IMG/VR virus record: IMGVR_UViG_3300011441_000025
Coordinates: 1-37,887 of that record
Origin: a virus
Lineage: Duplodnaviria > Caudoviricetes
Reading direction: 5' to 3' (one strand)
DNA: 37,887 nt
Below, piece by piece: positions 1-8,120 of the stretch. The notes beneath the pieces were generated by a model. That model saw only the letters and a program-made list of their open reading frames with translations. It made no database searches and was not told the origin of the DNA. Positions within the stretch are counted from its first letter, which is position 1. Each line of letters opens with the position of its first letter. The position numbers and the translations under genes were made by a program.

Positions 1-1367
1 AGCTGCCCGAGCGACACCGGCGGCATGTTGGTCGTCGCGTGCAGGTCGTCCTTCGCCGCCGTGGCCGCGAGCGTCACGGCCTGAATCGCCGGCTCGGCGA
101 CGTTGCGTTGCGGCGGCGGCGCCGGGCTCCCGCCATAGGTCGCCAGCCGATACGGCAGATAGGGCAGGTTACGCGTATTCGCCTGCTGCCACCAGTGCTC
201 GTAGCCTTCGAGCTGGCCGTCCGCGATGAGCCACTGCGCGCGCGGCGCGAGGCCGACGGCTTCCACCTGCGCGCTCCGCATGTAGTTGTAGCTCTGCTGG
301 GCGTCGCGCGCGAACTGCACGATGCCCGTCCACCGCCGGTCGCCGTTGAGGTTCGCCTCGTCGCCGATGACCGGGATGATCGGGATATACGCGCCGTTCC
401 ACTCCTGCGGCCCCTGGATGACCTCGATCCCATTGATGAGCGACCAGAACACCTTCCGCCCGGTGGTGATGGTGCGCCGCGCCAGCTTGGAGCCGCGGTC
501 CTGCTCGACCTGCGCGAGGATCTCGGCCGGGATCTCCGACTCCAGCGCCGTCGTCTCATCGGGCAGCAGCACGAGCGTCTGCGACTCCTCCCGCACCTCC
601 CAGTACTCGGCCACCCGGCAGCTCAGCCCGGCCGAGCCGTGCGACGTCGTCACCCACGACGGCACCTCGTTGCCAAGGCTCGTCAGTTCCCGGTCGCTGT
701 AGGACGCCAGCTTCGAGTCCTTATGCTGCCGGCGATACCGGGCGATCGGCATGTCCTCAGTCAGCAGGGCAAACTGCCCGTCCGACCAGTCCGGTTCCTG
801 CGCGAAGGGGTCGAGATAGGCGCTCGCCTGGTTCAGGATGCGCTTGTAGGTGATTTTCTGGTCGAAGGTCTTGTTGTTGACGTACTCGGTGAGGATGCGG
901 TACACGCCCCATCCGCAGACCGCCGCCCGCTGGAACGCCCACTGGCGTGCGAGGTGCGCCCGGCTGTCCGCCTGGCACGCCCGCGCGATGTCGTCATACG
1001 CCTGTGCCAGCGCCTGACTGGCGCCCTCGCCCTCGGGGGCAAAGGACAGCCCGAGCTTGGCTTGCCGCGCCGTGTTGATGACCTGCTGGACCGGGCCGCG
1101 GAGCAGGTTGAACTCGAGGACCGGCCGCGCCGGCACCGGCGGCAAGCCGGAGCCGCCGTCCTGCCCCCCACGCGCGCGCTTGATCTCGTCAGGCCACTGC
1201 GCGCCGCGTTCGTCGATGAAACGCAGGTCCTCGAGCTCGCGGGCGCGCTGGTCGCGGGTGGCTTCCTCGGACAGCTTGAAGCGGTCGAGGGCGTGCTCGT
1301 GCGCGGACGTATCGGGGGCGTCAGGGTCGGTCGGGGTCTCTTTCGCGTACGTGGGATCAAGCGGCAT
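1..1367 (-). CDS. P22-like portal protein (N-terminal part; runs off the window start)
   Basis: Not in the ORF track because there is no stop in the window. Translated by hand from ATG 1367: MPLDPTYAKE...EDLRFIDERGAQWPDEIKRAR...RPVLEFNLLRGPVQQVINTARQ...CGWGVYRILTEY...YLDPFAQEPDWSDGQFA, typical of P22-family portals; downstream of TerL. Confidence 0.9.
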   Translation of the reverse strand, partial: MPLDPTYAKETPTDPDAPDTSAHEHALDRFKLSEEATRDQRARELEDLRFIDERGAQWPDEIKRARGGQDGGSGLPPVPARPVLEFNLLRGPVQQVINTARQAKLGLSFAPEGEGASQALAQAYDDIARACQADSRAHLARQWAFQRAAVCGWGVYRILTEYVNNKTFDQKITYKRILNQASAYLDPFAQEPDWSDGQFALLTEDMPIARYRRQHKDSKLASYSDRELTSLGNEVPSWVTTSHGSAGLSCRVAEYWEVREESQTLVLLPDETTALESEIPAEILAQVEQDRGSKLARRTITTGRKVFWSLINGIEVIQGPQEWNGAYIPIIPVIGDEANLNGDRRWTGIVQFARDAQQSYNYMRSAQVEAVGLAPRAQWLIADGQLEGYEHWWQQANTRNLPYLPYRLATYGGSPAPPPQRNVAEPAIQAVTLAATAAKDDLHATTNMPPVSLGQ

Positions 1368-1659
1368 TGGCGTCCGTGCTCATTTTCCGCTTGGCGTCCG
1401 ACAGCACGGCGAGAACCTTCGCCAGAAAGATGCGTGTCTCACGGCGCATATTCGGGAGGTCCGATATGACAATCTGAAGCCATTCAGTTGACCAGTCGTC
1501 AAGCGTGTATCGGTCCTTCATGTCGTGACACGACACGCAGGCAGGCACCGTGTCTGTTCCACCGTTCCGCTCAGGAATGGGGAAATGGTCGTGCTCACAC
1601 CTCTCGCTGACCAGACCACCGCAGTAAAAACACGATTCAGGATTGCGCTTCTTCGCCAT
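1357..1659 (-). CDS. HNH endonuclease-like protein
   Basis: CFYCG...EHDHFPIPERNGGTDTVPACVSCHDMK: CxxC, DH, CxxCH pattern. Confidence 0.8.
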   Translation of the reverse strand: MAKKRNPESCFYCGGLVSERCEHDHFPIPERNGGTDTVPACVSCHDMKDRYTLDDWSTEWLQIVISDLPNMRRETRIFLAKVLAVLSDAKRKMSTDANAA

Positions 1660-1662
1660 GGC

Positions 1663-1896
1663 TTATCCCGCGAACCGCACGGCGTGCGCGGCGGCCTCGA
1701 CCTCGGCGCGGGTGTGCGTATCAGGGATGGCCGCGAGCGTCTGCCGGAAGTCGGCCTCGCTGCCTTTCATCGCATGGCGCAGGAGCTTGCGAATGCGGGC
1801 CGCCGTCACCGGCTTCGACAGCAGCGCCGCCGCGAGGAGCGCCGGCGTGCGGAATGGTCCCTGCATCGGTGGCTTGATTTTCCCACGCGGTGTCAA
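1663..1896 (-). CDS. hypothetical protein
   Basis: 77-aa ORF filling the gap in a packed minus-strand operon. Confidence 0.5.
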   Translation of the reverse strand: MTPRGKIKPPMQGPFRTPALLAAALLSKPVTAARIRKLLRHAMKGSEADFRQTLAAIPDTHTRAEVEAAAHAVRFAG

Positions 1897-1900
1897 GGGC

Positions 1901-2014
1901 TCAGTCCCGGTCGCGCCGATACTTCTGCTTCACCATCCACAGCGCGCCGACGTAGAGCAGCACGAACGCCACCGCAATCGCCACCGTCGCGCCCACGAGG
2001 ATGCCGGAGCTCAC
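1901..2014 (-). CDS. small single-pass membrane peptide (37 aa)
   Basis: Translated by hand: MSSGILVGATVAIAVAFVLLYVGALWMVKQKYRRDRD; GTG start overlaps the methylase TGA (GTGA); hydrophobic helix followed by a basic tail. Confidence 0.6.
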   Translation of the reverse strand: MSSGILVGATVAIAVAFVLLYVGALWMVKQKYRRDRD

Positions 2015-3120
2015 GTCAACCCTTCGGCGGCGAGGATTCTTTCTGCGATCCATTCAGCGATGGGCGGGACGATCGCGTTCCCCAGGCCGCGCAGGCGGTC
2101 CACCCGATGGGGTACGCCATGAGCCACTCGACCCAGTCGGGGTTCAACTGCCCACCAATCGCTTCGGTTAATGGTTGCCCCCGCGAAGATTCGACCAGCC
2201 TCTGCTCCAGCCATTCCGGCGTCCCTGGCGAGCGGTAGTCCCGGCTCGTCGGCGTCGGCCACATCCGCGCCGGGTCCACCGCGCCGAGCAGCATCGGATA
2301 CCGCTTCCCGCCGTCGCCCTTCTGGTAGGGGACGTTCTTCGCGTCCTCCGCGCACGGGGTCGGCCACATGTTCCCTGGAATATCGCGGAGCTGTCGGCCC
2401 CGGCGTCCGTCCGGTGTCCGCGGCCCGCCCATGCCATCCGTCGCACTGGCGGTAGGCCACAATCCAGACGCGGTCTCGTCGGTGAGGCGCACCAAAGGCG
2501 CTAGCTGGTAGGCTCTGCCATTCCGCATCGTACCCGCACGCGGCCATGTCTCCGAGAACGGTACCGAAGAACCGTCCAGCCTCACTGGAGAGCAGTCCGG
2601 GTACATTTTCCGCCACGACCCATCGGGGTTTAAGCTCGCGAATAAGGCGGGCGAACTCCGGCCAGAGGTCGCGGTCGTCGGTGGAGGCGCCACGTCGGCC
2701 GGCGAGACTATGGGGCTGACAGGGAAAGCCTCCGCAAATAACGTCAACTGGTTCGAGACATCCGGTTGATACATCCCGCGCACCGCGATGTCGAGCGGCG
2801 TCAGTCCCGGTACGCTGTTCGTGGCCTTTCCCCGTGAATAACTCTGCGGGGTCGGCCATGTCGTCACGGCTCCCAAGAGGGTCGGGTTGTGATTGCCCGG
2901 ATAACTCTTGCTGCCGCGTTCGCCGTCGGCTTTCGTCGGCGTCGGCCAGAGCACCGTGGACTTGTCGGACATCGTCGTAACGCCTCACGTCCGGCCAGTG
3001 CTGCGCGAGCACGGCCCGGCAAAACGGATCGATCTCAACCTGCCAGCGGATGTCGAACCCGGCCCGCGAGAAGCCGAGATCGAACCCGCCGATGCCCGCA
3101 AAGAGTGAGCCGAGCGTCAA
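2011..3120 (-). CDS. DNA (cytosine-5)-methyltransferase, catalytic polypeptide
   Basis: Motif I SLFAGIGG, IV GGFPCQPHS, VI ENVPG, VIII PHRRDRVWIV, X GLGNAIVP; TTG start at 3120 overlaps the upstream TGA; no motif IX in this frame. Confidence 0.92.
   Translation of the reverse strand: MTLGSLFAGIGGFDLGFSRAGFDIRWQVEIDPFCRAVLAQHWPDVRRYDDVRQVHGALADADESRRRTRQQELSGQSQPDPLGSRDDMADPAELFTGKGHEQRTGTDAARHRGARDVSTGCLEPVDVICGGFPCQPHSLAGRRGASTDDRDLWPEFARLIRELKPRWVVAENVPGLLSSEAGRFFGTVLGDMAACGYDAEWQSLPASAFGAPHRRDRVWIVAYRQCDGWHGRAADTGRTPGPTAPRYSREHVADPVRGGREERPLPEGRRREAVSDAARRGGPGADVADADEPGLPLARDAGMAGAEAGRIFAGATINRSDWWAVEPRLGRVAHGVPHRVDRLRGLGNAIVPPIAEWIAERILAAEGLT
2016..2972 (-). CDS. nested out-of-frame ORF: putative second methyltransferase polypeptide carrying WPTP (TRD-like) repeats and motif IX
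   Basis: 318 aa open in an alternative frame; five WPT(P/A) repeats; GQLNPDWVEWLMAYPIGWT resembles C5-MTase motif IX; GAGG 10 nt upstream of the ATG. Confidence 0.7.
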   Translation of the reverse strand: MSDKSTVLWPTPTKADGERGSKSYPGNHNPTLLGAVTTWPTPQSYSRGKATNSVPGLTPLDIAVRGMYQPDVSNQLTLFAEAFPVSPIVSPADVAPPPTTATSGRSSPALFASLNPDGSWRKMYPDCSPVRLDGSSVPFSETWPRAGTMRNGRAYQLAPLVRLTDETASGLWPTASATDGMGGPRTPDGRRGRQLRDIPGNMWPTPCAEDAKNVPYQKGDGGKRYPMLLGAVDPARMWPTPTSRDYRSPGTPEWLEQRLVESSRGQPLTEAIGGQLNPDWVEWLMAYPIGWTACAAWGTRSSRPSLNGSQKESSPPKG

Positions 3121-3347
3121 CGGACTGGCTTCCGCAGCGGCGGTCCCCACGTATCGCCCGTCCCTTCGGGCACGGTGGACGGCTCGTCATCCTCAAATGG
3201 CGGCGCCGTCGCGACCAACTCGATCAGCGCGTCAATATGCCGCTGAATGGCTGCCGCATTCAGAGGCGCCTCGACGGGCAGACGATTGCGCATCAGGGCC
3301 AACGCATAGGCCAAGGCGTGCGCGCGCTCTTGTGCTGTATAGGGCAT
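3117..3347 (-). CDS. hypothetical protein
   Basis: 76 aa; ATG directly follows the TerL stop and its stop overlaps the methylase start. Confidence 0.65.
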   Translation of the reverse strand: MPYTAQERAHALAYALALMRNRLPVEAPLNAAAIQRHIDALIELVATAPPFEDDEPSTVPEGTGDTWGPPLRKPVR

Positions 3348-4688
3348 CTACGCCATCCAGCCGTGCGGACTGCCCGGCCCCGCGGGCGTGTACACCGGCT
3401 TGTCCTTCGGAATCTGATGCCGCACCGCCAGCCCTCTGAAGGCATCGGCCCCATGCGAGGCCGCATCATGCACCGGCGTCGCCTTGAACTCGTCGAGCCG
3501 CGTGTTGTAGTCCCGCCGATACTGCCCGAGCGCCTCCAGCCCCAGCCGGCAGCGCGTCTGGTCGAACCAGCAGCGCGGGAAGAAGAGGCGCGCACAGTGG
3601 ATGCCATCCTCCAGCTCCTGCCCGGCCGCACTCGACAGGCGCGGCGTCACCGAGAACTTCAGCCCGAGCTGCGCCGCCACCTCGAGTCGCGACTTCCCCG
3701 AGCCGAGCTCACGCACCGCAATGTCGTGCGGCGCCCAGTGCGTGCCGTAGGTATAGCGCTTCTCGCGCAGCACCTGGACGAAGTGAGGAAACCCTTCGCC
3801 GCTCGCCTCGTAGTAGTCGATGAGCCGCACCTGGCCCGAGCCCTTGACGGTCTGCGAGAACCAGACGCACATCGCGTCGCCGATGCCGAGGTCCCAGTCG
3901 GTGTCGACCTTCAGCAGCGGGTCCATCGGCACGTCGGTGATGCGCGTCTCGTGTCTGGCGGCTTCGAGCTCCTTGGCGTAGATGGCGCCCTTCACGGACG
4001 CCTCGAAGCTGCACTCAAACTCCTGCGCATACTCGTCACTGGTCATCACCGCGCGGGCGGCTTCTAAGTAGGCCGTGTCTAAGAGGCCGGTATCCGACGC
4101 CTTGTATTCGGCATAGAACCAGTCCTTCGTGCCCTTGGCCTGCGCGAGCTTGGCGTGCTGCGCGATGTCATAGAACTGGTTCTTGCCATTCGGCGTGCCG
4201 AGAAAGAGCGCACTGCCGCCACGGTCGACGAGCGTCGGACCGATGACTTCGGAGAAGGTCTTCGCCGGATGCAGCCCATACTCGTCGAGCGTGGCGCGGT
4301 CGAGATACATGCCGCGCAGGCTATCCGGGTTGTCCGCACCGAAGATGCGGTTCTGCCCGCCATTGGGATAGTCGACACGCAACTCGGACTGATTGAACGC
4401 GATGCCCGGCAACGGCCGCGCATAGTGCTGCATGTAATCCCACACGGTCGTCTTGCCCTGCGTGTAGGTCGGGGCGATGTAGGCGCAGCGCGGGCGTTCC
4501 TTGGCGCACTGCATGGCCGTCTGCTGGTTCATGTTGACGCCGAAGACGGTCTTGCCGAAGCGGCGATGACAGACGACGACACCGAAGCGGTGCGTGCGGA
4601 CGAGGGCGCCGAGCTCGCGCTGCAGCGGGCGCGGCTTGTAGGGGATGTAAACGTCGAGCACCTCGCCCGGCTGGGCGGTGGTGGTCAT
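3348..4688 (-). CDS. terL: terminase large subunit
   Basis: Walker A CHRRFGKT, GADNPDSLRG, Walker B ATLDEY, FLGTPNGKN, RNase H-like nuclease DWDLGIGD...HGADAFR; start 4688 by ATGA coupling. Confidence 0.96.
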   Translation of the reverse strand: MTTTAQPGEVLDVYIPYKPRPLQRELGALVRTHRFGVVVCHRRFGKTVFGVNMNQQTAMQCAKERPRCAYIAPTYTQGKTTVWDYMQHYARPLPGIAFNQSELRVDYPNGGQNRIFGADNPDSLRGMYLDRATLDEYGLHPAKTFSEVIGPTLVDRGGSALFLGTPNGKNQFYDIAQHAKLAQAKGTKDWFYAEYKASDTGLLDTAYLEAARAVMTSDEYAQEFECSFEASVKGAIYAKELEAARHETRITDVPMDPLLKVDTDWDLGIGDAMCVWFSQTVKGSGQVRLIDYYEASGEGFPHFVQVLREKRYTYGTHWAPHDIAVRELGSGKSRLEVAAQLGLKFSVTPRLSSAAGQELEDGIHCARLFFPRCWFDQTRCRLGLEALGQYRRDYNTRLDEFKATPVHDAASHGADAFRGLAVRHQIPKDKPVYTPAGPGSPHGWMA

Positions 4689-4951
4689 TCGGACGCCCTC
4701 CGCGCCTGTGCTTGTTCGCGTTCGCGATGATAGTCGCGCGACAGTCGTGTCGCTGCGAACTTCGCCCATCGCATGCGCTGCGAGCATTCCGGCGAGCAGT
4801 AGCGCTGTTTCCGATGCTTGAGAAAGATATACCCGCACTGCGGGCACGCCCGAATGCGGTTCACCACGCTACTGATGGCGGCACTGAGCGCCGAGATACA
4901 GGCTCGCTCCAAACGGGTCACCATCTCCGTCGTGTCGTCCCTGCGACTCAT
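4685..4951 (-). CDS. CGNR-type zinc-finger protein
   Basis: RIRACPQCGYIFLKHRKQRYCSPECSQRMRW; ATGA-coupled on both sides (last 88 aa of track ORF 4685..5248). Confidence 0.65.
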   Translation of the reverse strand: MSRRDDTTEMVTRLERACISALSAAISSVVNRIRACPQCGYIFLKHRKQRYCSPECSQRMRWAKFAATRLSRDYHREREQAQARRASE

Positions 4952-5334
4952 TCGGGCAGCTCGTGGATGACGCGCACGACGGCGGCAATCTGCTGCACCT
5001 GCTCCTGCGGCTTGCCGAGCGTGCGGTCGAGCACGTCGCGGCTGGCGGCATAGGCGACGGTCGGGAACTCTTCCTGGGCAATGAGCTTGGCGAGGCGGTC
5101 GATGGCGGGGTTCTGGAGCGCGCGGAGGCGGTCCATCGCGGCCAGCTTGACTTGGGGTGCGGCGCCGCCATGCCAGCGGCAGACCGTGCCTCCAGGGATG
5201 GCGCGGCGTCCGCAGGGCTTGCCGGATTGCTTGGAGTGCGCGCTGCACATGCGCGGAGGCATGGGGTCACGCGCAGACATAGGGTTGCGCTGGACGAGCG
5301 GACCACGGGGAGCGTGGGGCTGTGCGGTAGTCAT
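4948..5334 (-). CDS. putative terminase small subunit (HGGxSTG-like zinc motif)
   Basis: CSAHSKQSGKPCGRRAIPGGTVCRWHGGAAP, C-terminal ASRDVLDRTLGKPQE; upstream of TerL. Confidence 0.7.
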   Translation of the reverse strand: MTTAQPHAPRGPLVQRNPMSARDPMPPRMCSAHSKQSGKPCGRRAIPGGTVCRWHGGAAPQVKLAAMDRLRALQNPAIDRLAKLIAQEEFPTVAYAASRDVLDRTLGKPQEQVQQIAAVVRVIHELPE

Positions 5335-5537
5335 CGCTCAAGGAGCTTCTGACATTCGCGGAGCGTCCGGGAAATCTCGTCTAGTTGGTCGGATGTCAGT
5401 CTGCGCGCCAAGAGCGCGAGGTCAGCCAAACGTCCGGCCCGCGCCGCAAGGTTGACTCGTTGGTCGCGTACCGCATCCACCAGCGCCGAGGACGACGTCC
5501 ACTGTTCACTCACTTCTCCCCCAATCCCCGATTTCAA
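5331..5537 (-). CDS. hypothetical protein
   Basis: Stop overlaps the TerS start (ATGA); start uncertain. Confidence 0.5.
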   Translation of the reverse strand: MKSGIGGEVSEQWTSSSALVDAVRDQRVNLAARAGRLADLALLARRLTSDQLDEISRTLRECQKLLER

Positions 5538-5541
5538 TTAC

Positions 5542-5715
5542 TTACGGCTCGGCATGGCGCTCGCTCTCCGCATCTTCCAAGCTGCGGGTCAGCATGGCGA
5601 GGGCGCGCTTGAGGAGCGCATTCTCGTCGGCGAGTTGCGTGGCACGCGCCTCGGCGGCTTCGGCCCGGAGCCGATAGGCGGTGAGCGCCGTCTGGAGCGT
5701 GGCGTTGACTTTCAT
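5542..5715 (-). CDS. short coiled-coil protein (57 aa)
   Basis: Translated by hand: MKVNATLQTALTAYRLRAEAAEARATQLADENALLKRALAMLTRSLEDAESERHAEP; ATGA-coupled to the upstream membrane gene. Confidence 0.65.
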   Translation of the reverse strand: MKVNATLQTALTAYRLRAEAAEARATQLADENALLKRALAMLTRSLEDAESERHAEP

Positions 5716-5894
5716 CGGAACCGCGGCAAGGGGATGTCCCCGACAAAGACCTGCAAGAGCCAGAGAATCAGAAACAGCACCACGAGCACGCGGATGATGA
5801 CTTTAATCGGCGGGCTGAGGGGCAGATAGGTCTCGATGAGCCAGAGCACGACGCCGATGACGACGAGCACGAGCAGGAGCTGTATCAGTCCCAT
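5712..5894 (-). CDS. two-TM small membrane protein (Thivi_2564-like; holin candidate)
   Basis: LIQLLLVLVVIGVVLWLIETYLPLSPPIKVIIRVLVVLFLILWLLQVFV; GGAGG upstream. Confidence 0.75.
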   Translation of the reverse strand: MGLIQLLLVLVVIGVVLWLIETYLPLSPPIKVIIRVLVVLFLILWLLQVFVGDIPLPRFR

Positions 5895-6014
5895 CGGGGT
5901 CCTCCATCCGAGCTAATAACGGCGGCACGTCTTCGCCCGACTGCAACACGCACGTCGCGCGGTGTCTCGCCGGGATGCGCAGCCGCAGTCGGCACCAGTA
6001 GCAATCGCACGGCA

Positions 6015-6227
6015 TCAATGCGGCCTCGACGGGCGCTGGCGCGACGGGCGCTCGTCGTCGTCGCTGAGCGCGTGACTCACCCGATCGCGGAGCGTGTCGA
6101 GTTCGTGGTCCTGCGCCGCACAGGCCCACTCGAGGTCGCTCACCCGGCCATCGAGCGCACAGACCGCCCGCTCGAGCGCGGTGACGCGCAGTGTCAGCGC
6201 GCGCAATGCGTCGAGGACCTCATCCAT
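6015..6227 (-). CDS. coiled-coil hypothetical protein
   Basis: Heptad pattern LRALTLRVTALERAVCALDGRVSDLE. Confidence 0.65.
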   Translation of the reverse strand: MDEVLDALRALTLRVTALERAVCALDGRVSDLEWACAAQDHELDTLRDRVSHALSDDDERPSRQRPSRPH

Positions 6228-6585
6228 CGGCCCGCTCGACCGTGCCCGTGATCACCATGCGCGGGCGGTAGGACTCATAGGGCTGGAGCTTCGAGCCCCA
6301 CTTCGTCAGGCGCACCTGGGACGCCTGCTGCGCGGCGATGCGGAAGGCTTCGTCCTCGGTGCGGGTCTCGGCGATGAGCACGGGCCGGAGCTCGGTGCCG
6401 TGCTGCTCGAGGCGGAACAGCTGCCACCAGTTCGGGTGTCGCGATTGAATCGGCGGCCAGTCCTGGAGGTCTGGCACTTTCGGGAAGTCCTCGACGGGCC
6501 TCTCAGGCTCACGGCCCTTCGGCAGGTCGGCGGTACGCTGGGGGCGATAGTGCGACCGTTGCGTCCAGAACCAGGCCATGGTCAC
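6220..6585 (-). CDS. hypothetical protein
   Basis: 121 aa, overlap-coupled in the operon. Confidence 0.65.
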   Translation of the reverse strand: MTMAWFWTQRSHYRPQRTADLPKGREPERPVEDFPKVPDLQDWPPIQSRHPNWWQLFRLEQHGTELRPVLIAETRTEDEAFRIAAQQASQVRLTKWGSKLQPYESYRPRMVITGTVERADG

Positions 6586-7241
6586 CCCTCGGGCTGGTCG
6601 CGACGGGCCAGCAGCTTCTTCAGGGCGACTACGGTGGCGAGGTCCGACGCCTCACTGCCACTCGCGGCGGGCGGGGTCGCCGTGCCGGGCTTGACCTCGA
6701 CGTCGATGTCCCCGATGGCGCGGAGCGAGGTGAGGCTCCGCAGCACAATCGGCAAGTCGACGGGACCATGCGCCCGCTGTGGCTGCGCCTGGGCGGTCTC
6801 GAGCGCGGCGAGCTGCGCGTAGACGGGCACCAGGGCGTCGTCGATGAGCGCGTTGACCTCGGCCTCGGTCAGGCCACCCGAGGGGGGCGGCGGCGAGGTG
6901 CCGTCCTCGGGCGTGACGATGGGCGGGCCGCCCAGGTCCCGCCATTCCCACACCAGCGAGCCCGGTGTCGGACCATCGCGCAGCGGACTCACGGGGTGCG
7001 CGTAATAGCCCAGCTCGTCGGGCGTGGCGGTGGGGAGGAACACCCGACCGGCGATGCGCCCGTCGCTGCCAATCTGCTGCGTCATGGCGTGATGCGGCAT
7101 CGCGGCGTCAGGCACCTCACCCGGCGGGAGGCCGGCGGGGATGGTGCTCGCGCCGAGCACGGCGGCGTAGTCGTCGGCGGGTTGCCCGACGGCGCGCTGA
7201 ATCAGCGAGAAGAAATAGCGGCCGTAGTCGTCGAAGGTCAT
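6582..7241 (-). CDS. unknown protein; N-terminal domain paralogous to the tailspike C-terminal domain, then Pro linker and coiled coil
   Basis: YFFSL, GQPADDY, GRVFLPTATPDELGYYAH and LVWEWRDLGG all recur in 18383..19414; ATGA-coupled to rusA. Confidence 0.8.
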   Translation of the reverse strand: MTFDDYGRYFFSLIQRAVGQPADDYAAVLGASTIPAGLPPGEVPDAAMPHHAMTQQIGSDGRIAGRVFLPTATPDELGYYAHPVSPLRDGPTPGSLVWEWRDLGGPPIVTPEDGTSPPPPSGGLTEAEVNALIDDALVPVYAQLAALETAQAQPQRAHGPVDLPIVLRSLTSLRAIGDIDVEVKPGTATPPAASGSEASDLATVVALKKLLARRDQPEG

Positions 7242-7747
7242 GCGGGCTCTGCCTCCCGTCTAGTGTCGCCTACGGCGTCAAGGGGCGTGGTCTCGGCGAC
7301 GGTAATCACCACGCCGGGGTTGCACCCGGCGAAGGCGTAGCCCTTGCTCGCGTGGAGCTCGGTGACGGCGGCGTCGTCGCCGAAGAGCACGCCGGCCAGC
7401 GCATCGAGCACGGCGCGCGCCAGCTTGTCGACGTCGGGCTTCGTGACATGGTGGACGATGCGCTTCGGGTACGAACTCGGCCGCGGCAGCGCGAAGGTGC
7501 AGGTCACCGACACCGGGCCGTCGAAGGGGGCCGTCTGCGCGCGGGACTGGACGGCGGCGGCGGTGATGGCGAGCTGCCAGCCCTTGACTTTCGGGTTGTC
7601 GCTGGTGACCACGGCGCGCGGGCTGACGCCGGCGGCGTAGGCGTTCACCGCCCAGCGGCGCGGGACGAAGGCTTTGGTCGAGCCCTTCGGCTGCGGCAGG
7701 CCGTGGACCGTCAGCGTGACGCGGCGAGCCGTGGCGGTCGTGGTCAT
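7238..7747 (-). CDS. rusA: RusA family Holliday junction resolvase
   Basis: GLPQPKGS...FALPRP...TKPDVDKLARAVLDAL.GVLFGDDAAV; ATG 7747 overlaps the upstream TGA. Confidence 0.93.
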   Translation of the reverse strand: MTTTATARRVTLTVHGLPQPKGSTKAFVPRRWAVNAYAAGVSPRAVVTSDNPKVKGWQLAITAAAVQSRAQTAPFDGPVSVTCTFALPRPSSYPKRIVHHVTKPDVDKLARAVLDALAGVLFGDDAAVTELHASKGYAFAGCNPGVVITVAETTPLDAVGDTRREAEPA

Positions 7748-8115
7748 GCGGCGTGGGTCCGCTTGCGCAGTCGGTCCATCACTGCCCCGACGAGACTCCC
7801 GACCGACGCCCATCCCCCAGCGCGTTCACGCGGTCCCCCCGTGTCCCATCGCCTCGGCGGCGGCAGCCGCTTGACCGCCGGCGTGGCTGGGAGCGGCCGT
7901 GGCCCGCGCGTCTTGACCATCGCCTGCTCGACGGCGGACATCGCGCGCGCGAGTTGCTCCGCGGCTGGGAGCAGAAACCCCCAGCGCGCCAGCGTGTCCT
8001 TCGCACGGGCTTTCCACTCCGCGTCGTCCATTGACGGCTCGGCGTCCAGCAGACCCCGCAAGAGGGCGCAGAGTTGCTGGAAGCTGATCGGTTTGAGCTC
8101 GTCCGGGTCTCGCAT
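7744..8115 (-). CDS. hypothetical protein, in frame with the upstream replication initiator (possibly its detached C-terminal domain)
   Basis: ATG 8115 (or GTG 8139); same frame as 8215..8625; ATGA-coupled to rusA. Confidence 0.6.
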   Translation of the reverse strand: MRDPDELKPISFQQLCALLRGLLDAEPSMDDAEWKARAKDTLARWGFLLPAAEQLARAMSAVEQAMVKTRGPRPLPATPAVKRLPPPRRWDTGGPRERAGGWASVGSLVGAVMDRLRKRTHAA

Positions 8116-8120
8116 GGGAC

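Noticed and set aside
39-1469. Long + strand ORFs (39..1469, 2889..4067, 21819..23903, 28568..30043, 32652..34172, etc.)
   Set aside because: Arg-rich antisense shadows of real minus-strand genes, expected in high-GC DNA; no motifs
3348-4847. Upstream extensions of track ORFs (TerL to 4847, NinB to 10078, fibre to 27875, GNAT to 24967, etc.)
   Set aside because: Extensions overlap other credible genes; shorter starts are supported by stop/start coupling
5803-6015. Small ORF MPCDCYWC... coupled by TGATG
   Set aside because: Overlaps the membrane gene by 92 nt and has no recognisable motif; too weak to call
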